DNA of 64,000 nucleotides, taken from assembly GCA_013265495.1 (NCBI GenBank), contig MU057701.1, positions 1,054,001 through 1,118,000 on the forward strand, read 5' to 3'. This document shows, piece after piece, positions 63,071 to 64,000 of this stretch (the first letter of the stretch is position 1; every line of letters begins with the position of its first letter). The notes beneath the pieces were generated by a model. That model searched no databases. It worked only from the letters and a program-made list of their open reading frames with translations, and had not been told where the DNA came from. Source of the stretch: Vicugna vicugna. Lineage: Eukaryota. Made by a program: the position numbers and the translations under genes.

Positions 63071-63377
63071 TTTTTTTAATTTAAATTTTTATTTTTTTAA
63101 TTGAAGTATATAATCAGTTACAGTGTGTCAGTTTCTGGTGTATAGCATAATGTCCCAGCCATACATGCACATAAATACATTTGTTTTCATATTCTTTTCC
63201 ATTAAAGGTTATATTACAGGATACTGAATATAGTTCCCTGTGCTATACAGAATTTGTTTTTTTAATCCATTTTTATATATAGTAGTTAATATTTGCAAGT
63301 CTCAAGCTCCTAAATTTATCCCTTCCCACCTCAATTCCCCCCAGTAACCATAAGATTGTTTAAAATGTCTGTGAGTC
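63071..63377 (-). mobile_element. Young 5'-truncated L1 3' end
   Basis: Same family as 15874 and 35885; 20-bp TSD with 2 mismatches at 63051-63070 and 63378-63397. Confidence 0.9.
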
Positions 63378-64000
63378 TGTAAAACCTCCCAATTTTGAAG
63401 TCTCTGAAGTGGTAGAAGACTACCTAACAACAGATAGACCTTGACTTAGTCGCTTAACCTCAACCTTTTTTTGCTCAGTTATAATGAAATGAGATAAATG
63501 ATACCTCTCCTTATCTCAAAGGTATTGAGCATAGGAAACAATTTGAGACTACTTTGTAAACAGGCACTGTACAAAGGTGAAATGGTATTGTTCTTGATAA
63601 TGGCAATCTGTAGTCTGACCTCTACTGTAATTTTCTAGGCATACATATTTAGAGATGATTTTGAAAGCATATTTCTGATGGTATTTATATATTTGTATTG
63701 TCTATAATTAATGGGTTATCTGAGTAATTGTAATAGTTGTAAATGGTTTAGTTATTTCTGTGTATGAAATTATTATGATCTTATATAATTTCCTAAATGA
63801 TGGAATTTCTTGTGGAAGATGACATGAATCTTCTTATAGTTGAATACAGAACTTTCTCAGTTAATCACATCTTGTGAACTCTTCTTGTAGATACGATAAA
63901 CTTAGGTGTTCTCTCCTTTTTTCCTGGAAGCTTAACCAAGTTACTAACTTCCTTACCCTCTCCCAGCCTATAGATAAACTATCCTGGGCTGATGATGACA

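Overview
Mammalian genomic DNA lying entirely inside one + strand gene, SMURF2 (HECT E3 ubiquitin ligase). It holds about 41 kb of intron 1 (exon 1 is upstream of the window), then coding exons 2-8 (39, 109, 134, 66, 85, 84, 203 nt). All have GT-AG borders and consistent phases, and encode the C2 domain, WW1 and the start of WW2. Young tRNA-Ala-derived SINEs resembling Vic-1 point to a camelid. The introns are mostly L1, L2, MIR, MaLR and hAT remnants. The most notable non-obvious items are: (1) a candidate stop-codon ('poison') exon in intron 3 whose 3' splice site is locked in a ~34-bp hairpin with the exon's own sequence; (2) an ancient antisense class I ERV provirus with two LTRs, a tRNA-Gln primer site, gag/pro/RT/IN remnants and no room for env; (3) a small polyadenylated-looking insert with a fold-back junction inside a young L1. 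Most ORFs in the supplied track are chance ORFs. Repeat subfamily names are from recall and old-repeat borders are approximate. No new multi-gene system is supported.
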